A DNA stretch of 63,078 nucleotides, filler included, from Bipalium vagum (Eukaryota): NCBI GenBank assembly GCA_037834085.1. It is 3 parts of 3 records of this genome, joined end to end, with 100 filler letters (N's around TTAATTAATTAA, not from the genome) between each part and the next. Parts side by side here need not be neighbours in the genome. Positions count along the whole stretch, not along the records: positions 20,949 to 44,263 come from JBBMKC010210373.1; positions 44,364 to 63,078 come from JBBMKC010021946.1; 1 more part is not named here. One strand, given 5' to 3'. The notes beneath the pieces were generated by a model. That model was not told the DNA's origin, ran no database searches, and worked only from the letters and a program-made list of their open reading frames with translations. The position numbers and the translations under genes were made by a program. Below are positions 42,793-55,302 of the stretch, piece by piece; the first letter of the stretch is position 1, and every line of letters begins with the position of its first letter.

Positions 42793-43666
42793 AGACTTCT
42801 TTTTATTTATGATAAATATTGATAGAATAAACAATTTATGATTCAATTTTGATGCTTTTTAAAAAATCATGGAAATCTTACGTCAATCAATGAACGCGTT
42901 GGCATTCCACCCGTTGATAATAAATTGGATGTATTTTTTTCAGCAAGATTCAGTCGCTCATTGCGCTGTCGATATTGTGACCCAGAGTGATGTAAGTACA
43001 GCTGGCGTATTTCATTATTGACTTGATCACAGAAAGCTGTTATCCAAAATTTTTGACGCTCCCATACTGCATGGTCTTGAATCTGGGGTGTCATATTGGA
43101 ATAATATCGAATATTGCTCAATTGCTAAAGTTATTATAAATCAATAAAGCTAAACTGTTAAAAATCATACTGTGCAAAATTTAGTGCTCAGCTCCATTAT
43201 TATCGGTACAACACCACTTTCTTCATTTTGTCCTTCCTGTCTCAAAGCTTCTCCCATTAGATCATTGACCAACTCAAACTGAGGGTAACCCAAAAGTGCT
43301 TTGCGTTCACAACTGATTTCCGTATTATATGGGGCAATATTTAGGTTGTACTGTGGACCAAAAATATCACTCTGATCCGGATAAAGCTGGCGATATAATT
43401 CGTCAATAAATATTCGTCGAATAAGTCTGTTTTTAAGATCTTGGCGAATTGTATTCCGTCTCTGTTGATTAAGTGTCCATGTGAAGAAGATAATTTACTA
43501 GTAAATTACCTTTAAAGCTTCAGTGATGTGATTATTAAAGATATTGGCAACGAATTCCCTTATAACTTTATTCTTGTCTGATAATGCCTCCGTTTTGAAA
43601 ATCTGCTTATCTAATTCAAGCCCATGTGGAACAAATCTAGGATCAGCCGTTTCTTGTTTATTGGTA
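22146..43666 (-). CDS. SBF2: Myotubularin-related pseudophosphatase SBF1/SBF2 (MTMR5/13) ortholog; multi-exon, 5' DENN region lost at contig join
   Basis: SBF2-domain exons (VIREFVANIFNN.., QDHAVWERQKFWITAFCDQVNNEIRQLYL, ESTVYAQILHF, SGYDD), GRAM (PLLPAQGALFLTNYRLVFHG), myotubularin domain (RKNRFPIITW..LLRGAGFQPKG; LYILGEKSQIK; inactive P-loop FCLEGGCDVT; SLIEKDWIMAGHKF; PIFLQFLDTVHQLLNQFPMAFEFN; VLRPCTHLCMIDIWDYY). The 3' end is inferred via the GTAAGT donor at 22283 to a small exon 22146-22166 (EIQKTK*). SBF1 and SBF2 cannot be distinguished. Confidence 0.92.
25455..25890 (+). mobile_element. Tc1/Tc3-like transposase 5' fragment (HTH region), decayed
   Basis: MKHYSTEQRVF..; NITTVNWSVNEKSKMSIRR..IPRTMLFRILH*DLHL, typical N-terminus of Tc3/DD37-type transposases. 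Confidence 0.65.
26786..26848. repeat. (AAT)n microsatellite
   Basis: About 21 perfect AAT units. Similar arrays at ~20800-20848, 41465-41503, 42720-42790, 44195-44263, 50546-50593, 51548-51616, 55268-55335 and 56974-57032. Confidence 0.95.
30245..30612 (+). mobile_element. Tc1/mariner-superfamily transposase 3' fragment
   Basis: FTIIQDNASLH..QPPHSPALNLMDGFIF (QDNAxxH and PxSPDLNxxD motifs). Confidence 0.65.
31150..31930 (-). mobile_element. Internally deleted decayed mariner
   Basis: Minus-strand PPYSAEMCPSDYHLFRSFAHGL plus N-terminal LQVLFNEDHAR; boundaries approximate. Confidence 0.7.
32100..32780 (-). mobile_element. Highly decayed mariner-like remnant
   Basis: Weak minus-strand similarity to mariner (WNNYGYHALLP*TTVNHYY; AYSSN near the expected YSPD position). 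Confidence 0.35.
34826..35880 (-). mobile_element. Decayed mariner element (different subfamily)
   Basis: FLHDDTRSH, HYSTDLSTCNLFLLATIKKKLNGKRF; TA-CGTGTGCAGCTGGACAAGTTTG terminus; right boundary approximate. Confidence 0.75.
36034..37280 (+). mobile_element. Full-length decayed mariner element in an SBF intron
   Basis: TIRs TTTGGTTGTGCAGTATGAAAT / ATTCCATACTGAACAACCTAA, TA flanks, 1247 bp. Motifs RWFDKFKS, RGRP, WVPHLL, ITSDDK, LLHDNVR, HPPYPPDLAPT; stops and frameshifts. Confidence 0.93.
39001..40025 (+). mobile_element. Decayed mariner element
   Basis: LLHDN and YSxD..YHHFCS motifs; 3' TIR AAAACTTATTCATAACCCTAA-TA; partial 5' match AATAAGTT at ~39009. Confidence 0.72.
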
Positions 43667-44193
43667 CTAAAACATCAAAATAGCTATCAAATTCAATTCC
43701 CGAACTTTCGGTTATATCATAAGTTATATGAACACATAACGTTAATCAATATCAATTCTACCATCAATGTCTCACAATCAGAAGACCAACTAACAAAATA
43801 TATCAAACTTTGATCAGACAAAATATCAATGCAAAAATATCAATCAACATTTCTATACTTTGAAATCTTTAAAAAATAATCAATAGATACGTATTCTAAC
43901 AATTAAAAATTTTCCAAGTTTTAATGATACTTTATTAATTTAATTAAATAATATAAGTATGATTCTCTCGTAAGTTAACATTTTAAAATAAAAATGATGT
44001 TGATAACAATAAACTGAAGTTTCCATCTTTAAACTTGTTAACATTTTAAATGATAAATATTAACGATTTTAAAAAATAATTCTGAAACAATTAAGATATA
44101 ATATAATTAAGTAAATAAATAATTATTGATTTATGATTTAAGTGCCGATTAAACGAAACGAAACTTATTGTGTAATTTAATAATAAAAATAAA

Positions 44194-44256
<63 letters not shown>

Positions 44257-44263
44257 AATAATA

Positions 44264-44363
44264 NNNNNNNNNNNNNNNNNNNNNNNNNNNNNNNNNNNNN
44301 NNNNNNNTTAATTAATTAANNNNNNNNNNNNNNNNNNNNNNNNNNNNNNNNNNNNNNNNNNNN
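44264..44363. other. Artificial assembly spacer (44 N + TTAATTAATTAA + 44 N)
   Basis: Same 100-bp construct as 20849-20948; preceded by (AAT)n. Confidence 0.97.
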
Positions 44364-46729
44364 ATTTAAACAACTATTTATAATTAAATTGAAATATATA
44401 TCAAAATTAGTATTTTTGATAGGGGTTGAACAGACTTTTTACGCGCACTGAAAATATTAATTCAAATTCATAAAGTGAGAAATTGAAAATAGTCAATTGA
44501 AAAAAGGCAACAAATATAAAAAAATTATATTAAAATAACAACTGATTTCCAACTTAATTTATCAGAAAATTGAATTAAAAGCACTTATAAATTCTTCTGA
44601 TAAAATAAATTCTTTTCTGTGTTATGTTGCCTTTTGTTTAAAACTGTAGATTATATAAGAGCTTTATATATACTTAAAAAGCACACGGGCTTATTTTCGG
44701 ATTTCATTATTATTCAAAAATACCTTATATTTTAAATTTAATAAGATTTTATTTTGATTGGATTAATTAACATCAATCGATATTTGAAACTTTTAATCGT
44801 TTATTTTAATGACGATAATTTTTTGCATTATTTATTTCAATAAAACATTTAATCAATGTTCATAGAAAAGGCGTTTTTTTAAAAAATAATATTTTCTTTT
44901 AATATTTTTTCAAATTTATTTTCCTACGATAAAACTCCGGGTATCATATTGCTATTTAGTACACATTTTTCTTGTTTTCTAATATTTGTTTTTATAATAC
45001 TTTATCTGCAATTAATTTAATCTTTCTTCTAAGAATTTCCAATGTCCAGTATAACAATAATTAATGATAATATATTCTGTAACTTATTTTTCAATCTTGA
45101 ACATACTTGTACATCAAGAGAGTCATTCCAAACAAAGATTATAATTTAAAAATACTATAATTCTTTGTCAAATTTAGGACTAAGTCAAAACAAGATTTAT
45201 TTTTATAAGACAGGTTGATTAGGACAATCTTTTAAGCATTATATTACTTAAATTTAGACATAAAATAAAATTAATGAGCAAATGAAGACACGAATGGCTT
45301 CAATATTACTAAGATATGCATTATTATACATCTACTACAAAGATTTTTATGAAAAGAATACATTCTTCGAATTTATAATTTTCTATTGTCATGTGGTCTA
45401 TCACTTTCTGAAAAATAAAAACAAAAATTAAATATTTTAAATTTTTAACAAATTAAAATATTTTTTGCATAACTTATTTTTTGGAACATAGCTTGAACCA
45501 TCATTTATAATTGACAACTTGCTTTTCGATTATGTTATGTTGATCACAATTTTGACCATACATAATAGCGGTGACTTAAAAATGATGAAACTATTTATAC
45601 CATTGTTATTTGATTTAAAGAATAACATAATTTGGATTACCAACCATTTTCAATTGATTTCCGTAGTCAATTAAAAATGATGGTCCCTTAATTTTCAGTT
45701 GGGTGATAATAGTAACAAAATAAACTGTATTTAAATAAAATTTAAAAAGTAGGAAATAAGATATAAAACAATAAAAAGTTTCCAAAATTTCTGATTTGGT
45801 ATAAACTATGAAGATGACTGTACTATAAAAATGTACTAGGTCGAAAATAGCTTTTCAACAAGGTTATTTTTGTTGGATAAATTATTGTTTAAAACAAGAG
45901 ATTTCATACAAGATGGAATGAGAAATTGAAACCTTTCAATTAAGGTACCAGACAATCATAATCCAAATTTTTCTTTGTTGATATTTGAAGACTATAATAT
46001 ATTAGTGATAATCTTCTGTAGCCATTTGAATCTCTGCTTTTCGTCTGAAAACAACTATTTAAACAAATCCTTTTTTTAAATAGCCACCTCACTATTATTT
46101 TTATTAATAATTACAAAAACATTTTTAAATTAATTAATTTTAGATAAATTTTAGTTAATTTTAGAAACTAATTTAAAAATCACATTTATAATAATTTAAT
46201 AGTAAATTTACAAAATCTTTATTACGAAGTTAAATATATGTTATTATAAATGAGGTCTCTATCTAAAAAAATTCATTGAAAACAATATTTCAAACCACAT
46301 TTTATAATATTGAAGAAAGAACAACTTAAATATAAAGAAAAACTTGTAAGAATGTTATTGATTAATAAAATAATGGTTTTTTGTGAAAATTTTACTTTCT
46401 AATATTGATAAAGCTTAACAGAATTATATTTTAAGACCGGTTTCCCATACCACAGACAAATATTCAAAGATATTATAATACTGACAATGATACAGAAGTA
46501 AGGAAACCAAAAATTCAATTTAAAATTGCATTTATTATTAATAAGATCAAGAATTCCAAATACAGTGGAATCTGTTAATTTGGGCAAAATGTTCGGTCTT
46601 AGTGGTGCCCAACATTGACAGGTTTCATTGTATTACGAAAAAATTATAAAATATTTGAGAACAGAGTTTTTTTTGAAGAAGCCATTTTAGCTTTTAATTA
46701 ACAAAAATTCTAACGTTGACAGCTTGGAC

Positions 46730-49700
46730 CTATACAGAGGTCATAGACATATCATTTAATCCTTGTAAGACCATCACATCCGGATTGAATTTAGTTACAG
46801 CCAGGATGGCTTTGATCAATATCTAAATCAAAATAAATTCTTTCTCTTCAAAAATAACAAACTTCATCTTCCTCGTCGAAATCCTTGGAATAACCTTGAA
46901 TTCTTAGGAGACTATTGCGGGTGACCTATTTGAAAATAAAGCAAATAAGTAAATAATGTTCGAACTGGAATCGTTCTTAATAATATTTTGATTAAAATTA
47001 ATTAATATTAACACTGCCGAATCGACTTTTGAACAAAAACTCAATTCTTTTAAAAAAATAAAAACCTCGTCTTCACATCTGTCTATTGTATTTCTATTCA
47101 CATTGGTAGTTGTCTTTATTTTTGTCTTTTTTATAGTTCTGGTTACTGTTCTACCGTGCTGATCTATATAAGTCTCTGTTGATATTTCCGGATCGCCCTT
47201 TTCAACTGTCTACAATTTAATTAACGAATTAAATCAATAATGAAGAATTAAATCTTTCATTTGTCACATGACTAAATTAAAAAATATATTAAAACCTGGT
47301 AGCTTTCTTCAATTTCTGATCTTTCTTGCATTTTTATAAAAGCATGTCTTTCCTCTTCTTCTTTTCTTAATTGTATTTCTCTTTGTCTTTCCTCCATTTC
47401 TAATTGCTCGCGGTATAATCTAAGTCTTTCCTCTTCTTCTTGCTCTTTTCTACGTCTTAATTCTTCCTCCCTTTCTTGCTGAAGTAATAATCGTCGTTCT
47501 TTTTCTTGTTTTTCTATTCTTTCTTTTTCCTTTAACATATTTAATTTTCTTTCTTCTTCTAGTTGAGCGTTTCTTTTAAATTTTTCTCTGGCTTGTCTGC
47601 GGAGCTCAAGAACATCTTCTTCCCGTTCAGTGAAAGGCCTATTGAAGAGCTATAGAAAATCTAATCAAATATTTTAAAATAAAAAATTCTAAACTGAAGG
47701 ATCCCTTTTCTTTGACTTTTCTGTATTCCCATTTGCTGCATAACACATCGCATTCCATTCATTCTAAATATTTGGAAAACAACAATAAAAGCTTAATAAC
47801 AAAAATCTAACTCCTGGATAAAATTCAAAAGGCCTGTTCCCAAAATTGAAATCTAGTGTATTGTTGACAAGACTTGCCGTTGGATAGAATGCTCTCAATT
47901 CAACTAAATCGTCTGGAATTGTATAAGCTTCCTTATATACTTGTCCATTCTTAGACCATTTGATAAGTTTGTTATCTAGATCCAGGAAGCATCCTATCAC
48001 ATCTCCTTTCATAAGAGGCTGAAATGATTGGCAATTTTGAATAATAAAGAAATTATAAATTATAAATTATAATTATAATTATAACTTAACCGTCAATTGT
48101 GATTTAATAAGAGATATAGTAACAGTGTTAGGTATAAAACAAGTCTTACTTCGCCATAGTTCTCTATTTCACCACCATTCATTTTTTTACCTTGATTACG
48201 TTTTATTCCGAAGCCATCATTATCAGCTCCATATCCAAAACCAGAACTATCATTTCCAAGATTTAAGCTTCCATCATCTGTTGCCCATCCAACTCTGACC
48301 AAACCATCTTCCACTGGTATGACTTCATAATAATATTTACCGGCGTCATATACTCCCTAAATGTATAATCATCATCAAAATATTTTAACGATAATTATAA
48401 TTTTTGTCAGTCAATTCAAATTTTCACTGTGAAAATATAAATAAAATTATTAAAGCTTCGTGGTTTCCATATTACATCAAAATGGAACATAATTCGAATA
48501 GGTTTATTTTAATGAAAATTTTAATTTTAATATATAATGACCTGAGCTATAAATGTTCGCAGATATAAAAAGGAGTCAAGTCGGAAATCAAAGCAGTGCC
48601 TATCTTACAATTTCGACAAATTTCTTTATATTTAAAGAAATATTATATCTCAAATAGTTTCGACTATGTAATCATGTAAGTGTAANNNNNNNNNNNNNNN
48701 NNNNNNNNNNNNNNNNNNNNNNNNNNNNNNNNNNNNNNNNNNNNNNNNNNNNNNNNNNNNNNNNNNNNNNNNNNNNNNNNNNNNNNNNNNNNNNNNNNNN
48801 NNNNNNNNNNNNNAACCAAATCCTAATCCTATATTTTTTGCTCTTGGCCAACAGGCTATAGATTTCACATTAAATAACCCTTTCTCATGATTTTTATTAA
48901 AATAAGCTTTATGTAAATAAATTAAGTCAGATATCCGCATGTATTACATTACTTTTCCCAGAGATGTCGACAGAATAATCGTCTTAGAATTAGGTTCTAT
49001 TGTTGTATATATGAATACAATTTGGAATTCTGAAAAGTCCGATCGATTAGAAAGTTAAACGGTGTTTCAAATAAGATCGAAGTATTTTAAACAAAGATTA
49101 TTTTTCATTAATAACAGTTGCGATAAGACGAAAAATGTCTTAAGCTATTTTGAAAGGCTTAAGTCCTGTGTGATCGACATTTTTTAATCTTGTTTTGAAG
49201 AAAAATTGATTAGATTGACACATTGAAAGTTTATTTTTGACTATTTGTCATTTAATCGGTTTAAGAAAGTTTGAAATTACGATACTCTCGAAAAAAAATC
49301 CATATTAAAAATTTTAATGAAATTTAGGATAACACAAGTTATGATAGGAAACAATACCTATTGATTAACAAAGATAGAGAAAGTCCTGAAATAATCGAAA
49401 CCAAAAAATGTTCCATTTTCTAGTTTTTTTAACAAAATATTTCTTTCAAACACTCCTTTGGTCTGATGATTTTATTTTGAAGAAAATTTAGTTAAAAAAA
49501 TTATTTTAAGTTTACGTGAAACTTAAACTTCTTCGACACCTTTCATATTACTGATAATCTATAAATAATATTTTTTATTTTAATTTGTTTAAGTATTTAT
49601 TTTATATTTAAACATTTTCATTTTATTTTTTAAAAATTACTTTCACAATTTTAAAAATTTGTAAAGGGAAAACTGCAAGGCATTGCAACATTACTTGTTT

Positions 49701-50542
49701 AGTTGTCTCTGTAGTTTGCATAGATCTGAGGCATTTAAATAAACGTTAATAATCCACCAGACATCAATATTTTGTCTATTGACCAATAGTATCACAACTA
49801 TCCTTTGATCTCACACAATAAGTACAATTTAACTAAATACGTATTTTTCGTCTTGAAGCTATTGATCGCACATTATTTTTTTATTCTCCTCATCATATTG
49901 GTATGCAACTATTATACAAGTCTTTTTACTCAAGGTCCACATACTTTGATTATAACTATATATAAATATTGAGAGTTCTCTTAAATCACTCTGCATTTCT
50001 GTTTATCTTTATTTCGTTTCAAGTCTTGAAAAAGAAAAAAGTATGCATCTCATTAAACTTATTATTTATTTACTTCTTATTTAATTATTTCTCTCTGACG
50101 CCACAGTTTACCGTCACTGATGAGAACGTATTTTAGTTTGTTGATTCCATTTTGGGTATTAACGGCTTCAACCTCTTAAAAAAGTAATATTTTATTACGC
50201 TTAAACTTAAATATATTTTATAAATAATTATATTTATAACATAGGTGAAAGAAACTCCAGATGATGAATTTAAATTTCTTGTTTTATTAAAATCAACTAA
50301 AAGTTCTTTCACCTTTGGTATGGGATTTTCAAAGTCTTTTCTAACGTTAACGTTGTTTAATATAAAAACTTAAGCTTTAAAATTTGCTATCCTTTATTAT
50401 TATTTTTGCAAAACAGGGGCAAATTTTTAATGCAGTTGTCTTTGAAAAGTTATCGAACTTTTTTACCAGAAAAGATGAAACAAGAGTTCCAAACACAAAA
50501 TATGGAAAGAATAATTGCTACAATGGAATGACCTTCGTTTAT

Positions 50543-50596
<54 letters not shown>

Positions 50597-51547
50597 GGTT
50601 TATAAAATTTATAAATTTTACTTTGTTCGCTCGGCATCCATTCCATTCACCATTTAATTTAGACTGAGCCGTATAACCATTTCCTGATACTTCTGTTCCT
50701 GTTGTCGTGTCAAATGGGTTTAATCTCCAACCGGTATGTTTGTTTAATAATGTATTATTATCTGGAGCTTGAGAAAGAGGAACCCAATCCCGTTTAGGCA
50801 AATATGATAATGGCTCATCTCCAAAATTGAAAATAACTCGACCATCCTTAACACATGAAGCTAGGAAAGGGAAATAAATGTTTTTCAAAAGAAATTATTT
50901 ACTTGGAAAGAAAGCTTCGTCTTTCAAATCCTCAGGAATTTTAAATGCTGGTGCAAATGTGGCACCATTTTTACTCCATTGAATGTTACCATTATCAAAA
51001 TCAATATAACACCCTATAACATCTCCTTCTTTAATAGGTTGACCATATTCATTTTCTTGTCCATTATTACGTTTAAATCCGCAATCCAGATCTTGTCCTT
51101 TCTGATCGTTTCCATAGCCAAAACCCTTTTTATCTGATCCAAGATCTAAACTTGCTTCATTAGTTGACCAACCTAGCCGTATCAATCCATCTTCTACTAC
51201 TTTTCCTTCATAATAAAATTTCCCCGGACCTCTTATTCCTTTATTACTTCTGCATCCCTATAATTATTATTAATAATCTAATTATATATTTATACTTAAT
51301 ATACTTGCCAACCAGAACCCTTATTTGCAGCTACATCTAATCCTGTTGGATCTATACCAATTTCAGGAGTACAATCATCGATTGACATCTGCCAATATTC
51401 CTTAGGCAAATCAGGCCTTTCTACATTGTAAAGGGGATCTTCCAAATTAAATACTTCGTCATTACTTGCATAAGGAGCGATTCCACTTGGTGAAAACATA
51501 TCTGATAATAATAACAATAAAAATATAATAATAAAATAATGAAACAA

Positions 51548-51618
<71 letters not shown>

Positions 51619-54600
51619 AAATAGAATGTGTAATCTAAACAGAAAAACATTTTTAAAATTAAACTACTATATATTTTTAAAGGTTTGGATTTTTAAACGT
51701 TTAGTCTGACATCCTTATTTTAAAAAAGGATATCCAGATGTGAAAATAATTAAGTGATGCTTGTTATTGATTGAAAGCCAGTTTTGGTGATATATCTCAT
51801 AGATGCTGATAGAATTTGCTTACACTATCAATAATGGAAAACTAGACAAACTTTAAAACTAGTGACATTAAATCATTAACTCGTACTTATGAATACTTCA
51901 AAGTTTAGAAAATGCAAAGATTTCATCAAACTCTTTTATTAATAAATGTGGAAGTGTCAAGATTTCTCTACGAAAGAAATAAAAATTGCGATATTAAGTA
52001 AATATTAATCTCTTACTGTCCTTTTCTCTTCTTTGAGTCGGCATTCTTCTAACTTTCGGTTGTGGTCTACTAAGAATAATATTAGGGGTTGATGGTGTGT
52101 TATCGGGAACTGAGTGCGTTGTAGAAGTCTGATAAACATATTTACGAGTTCCAAACCCAGGTATTAACTGAGCTTTCCTTGGATTTTCTGCATCGACCAT
52201 ACTATTAAGAATAATTAATTTACTTATTTTAAATTACTCGAAATGTATTACCGGAAAAATGTGTGATGTTCAACGCACGCTTTCCACAGTCTTTTAGCTA
52301 AGCGATGATTACCGCATTTGAATTCCAGAATTTTCTCTTTCCTCGTGATTTCTGTAGCTCGGAGTGTAAGAAAAAAACTTTTATTTTTGTATGTCAATTT
52401 TAATATCTGAGGCCATGAATGTCGAATAACTCTAATCCTATTCCGATACAAGAGAATTCCACTATGATAGACTCCCACACTCATCTCATCATTATTACTG
52501 TTCTATAATTTGGAAAATAATTTTCATTAAAATTAAGTAATTTTCATTCTCGACAGTACTAGGCTGTAACACACCAATTATAGTTAAAGAATATTTTATT
52601 TTAATTCATATAACAGAAACATTTTATTGTTTAAAACATCAGCCAAAATTCAATCAGCATATAATGATAACTGAAACACTAAAACAGTGAGAATTGTTTG
52701 GAGCTCTATAAGATATACTGGTAAGAGTTACATAAAACAATATATATTTTATGCTTAATAATAGTTATAATAGGTATAAATTGTAGTCATGACACCATGA
52801 TTCTATAAAAATAAGAAATCATGCGTATTATTTTATCTAAAAATCAGGTAATGATCAAAGTAACAAAAGTTTCAATGTTAATGATGCACGAGAGCATATT
52901 TTTAATAATTTAGATATTGTCTGGAATTATGCTGGAATATTAGAGAATATTATGAAACATAATATTTGAATAACTGCAATGCTGGTCTTAAAATGAAAAG
53001 ATAATATCAACCATCAACAGATAAAAAAAGTTTAGAAGGTATAGAGAAATGGTAAAATGAAAATACAATGGAAAGTCGAAAATTATTTTATCAAAATTTC
53101 AAAATATAAATTGAAAAAAATCCATAAAAATCAGAAAATCCAAAATCTAGAATTAATAACAATGAAAATCATTACAGTGTTGTTCAATTAATTAATTATT
53201 TTTTCTTTTAAGACCATAATATTATTGAAAGTCTTATTATCATAAATACTTTGGAACTCGAGCAGTCTTCAAAACTAGTTCAATGTTCCTGAATTGCTTG
53301 CCAAAGAAAAGGGAGTAAAATGTTTTCCAAGAGTTTCATGTAAACAGTTTTTCCTTCATCTTAGAAATAATTGTAATTTTTTAAGATATATAATGCGGAA
53401 TCAAAATTTTAGAGTTTATTTTTCCGAATTTTTCTTTCTTTGTATGTCACATTGAATGTAAATATTTATAATCTGGATTAAATAATTGTGATTACCTTTT
53501 AAGAAAAATATCAATCCATTTAATTTAATTTAGATATATAAAATTTTATTGCTAGTTGTTCTTATGTAGTATTACTATTTATATTTTATATTTATTATAT
53601 GTTAAAAATACCCCAAATTATAAATTAATCAATAAAAAATTTAGTTTTGATTTATTAAACATAAATGAAATGAAAGATGCGATATATTTAACTTTTCTTC
53701 AAAAATCAAGTTACTAAACTTTTAATATTAAGCAGTTTAACCATATTTATCTGAAAAATATTATATTATATTATATATATTATATAATATTTAAATATAT
53801 TTTTGACCAATATCTTTTTATAGACTAACTAAATCAACAAAAGATCAAAGTTTCCATAATATTTTTATAGTTTGATTCTTATTAAGTCATAAATATCTGA
53901 TGACATATTCTAATAAAAAAAGTATTAAAAATCAAAAATTTTAAGTAGCCGCTGTGTAATAACAAAATTTCAGTTTTAAAAGGTCGATAATTAGTAGTTT
54001 TTGATTCTTATTTTGTGCTATTATTTTGGTCAAAAGGGAAATATTAAAGAGCTTCCAAAATGGATGAAAAATGAAAATATATTTACATTCTTTTTTTCTA
54101 CGGATTGATTTTGCATTTTCTTATGTGAATTTTGTGAAGCTTTCATAGTCAATTATCATTCTTCAAAAAATCCTAATGGTAAATCAAAGGTTTCACTATA
54201 ACAAATTCAATTTTAAAGTAAATTAATTTAATTATTTTATTATTAAATGAAAAAGACTAATTGGAGTCGAGATATTTGGACAAATACCGAGGTCAATAAA
54301 TTTAATTATAACCAATTTTAAGATCTTAAGTGTTCTATTTCAATTAACATTTTCATCAGTGTAATATTAGTAAACTCATTATTATATGTAACATGTATCC
54401 CACCTCGGTTCTTAATAAAGAATTGTAAATATATACATAAGTTGGTTTCTTTAGGTAAACATATCCTCATTTGTAATAATAGAGAATCTTACATATACTG
54501 TATTTCTACCCAGAGTACTTCGTAATGTATATGATCTCTGTAATAAATCTTCCATAGAAAAATATTGAAATTGAGATTTTAATTTGTTTTAATCAAATTA

Positions 54601-55267
54601 TGTAGTCACAGCTTTTATCCTGACAGCATTAAATAGAAACTTTTTAAAATATATTTGCTATTTTACACTGATAACTTGTTTCAAATGAACAAATATTACT
54701 AAACAAGATTTGTAGAAATATTATTAATTGTCTATTGTTGGATCCATTAATTGATTTTTTCGAAACATGACATCACATAATATTTAATTACCTTTGTGAT
54801 TAAGCATTGGCATATGTGTGTAAATGTGTGCAAATGTATGCCTATTATTAATCATTTCTATTATCAAACTAATACTAAAGAGAGATCACTACAATTAAAC
54901 TTCAGTGTCATCATCATCGATTTATGATTATAGAGAATGCTGGTCATTGAGTAAAGTATTTTTCGAAAACCTATTATTTCAGTAAACAACAAAAATAATA
55001 ATAACAATGATCAGATGATTTTGATTATTATTAATTTTGGAGTCATCATTTTAAGCATTTCGTACTTATATTACATTCTGGAAATAAATATTAGAAATGA
55101 AAAACGTGTTAGAAAATAAATTTCAAGAACTCTAAGGAAAAATAGAATGGAGATGGAAAAATTACCTTGACTTTGTGCATGTCAACTCCATACATACCAA
55201 GTTTCATTGCATTCCACAAAAATATTCGATCCGCTTCTTCAGGTGATTGTAATCTGATGTAATAAGG

Positions 55268-55302
<35 letters not shown>

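Noticed and set aside
43667-44263. Biological loss of the SBF DENN domain
   Set aside because: The first visible exon begins with a splice acceptor and the contig ends ~600 bp upstream, so this is assembly truncation.
45300-45710. Exon-like minus-strand blocks downstream of the FERM-SPRY stop codon
   Set aside because: Could not be joined into a consistent open frame; may be UTR or an unrecognised small gene.
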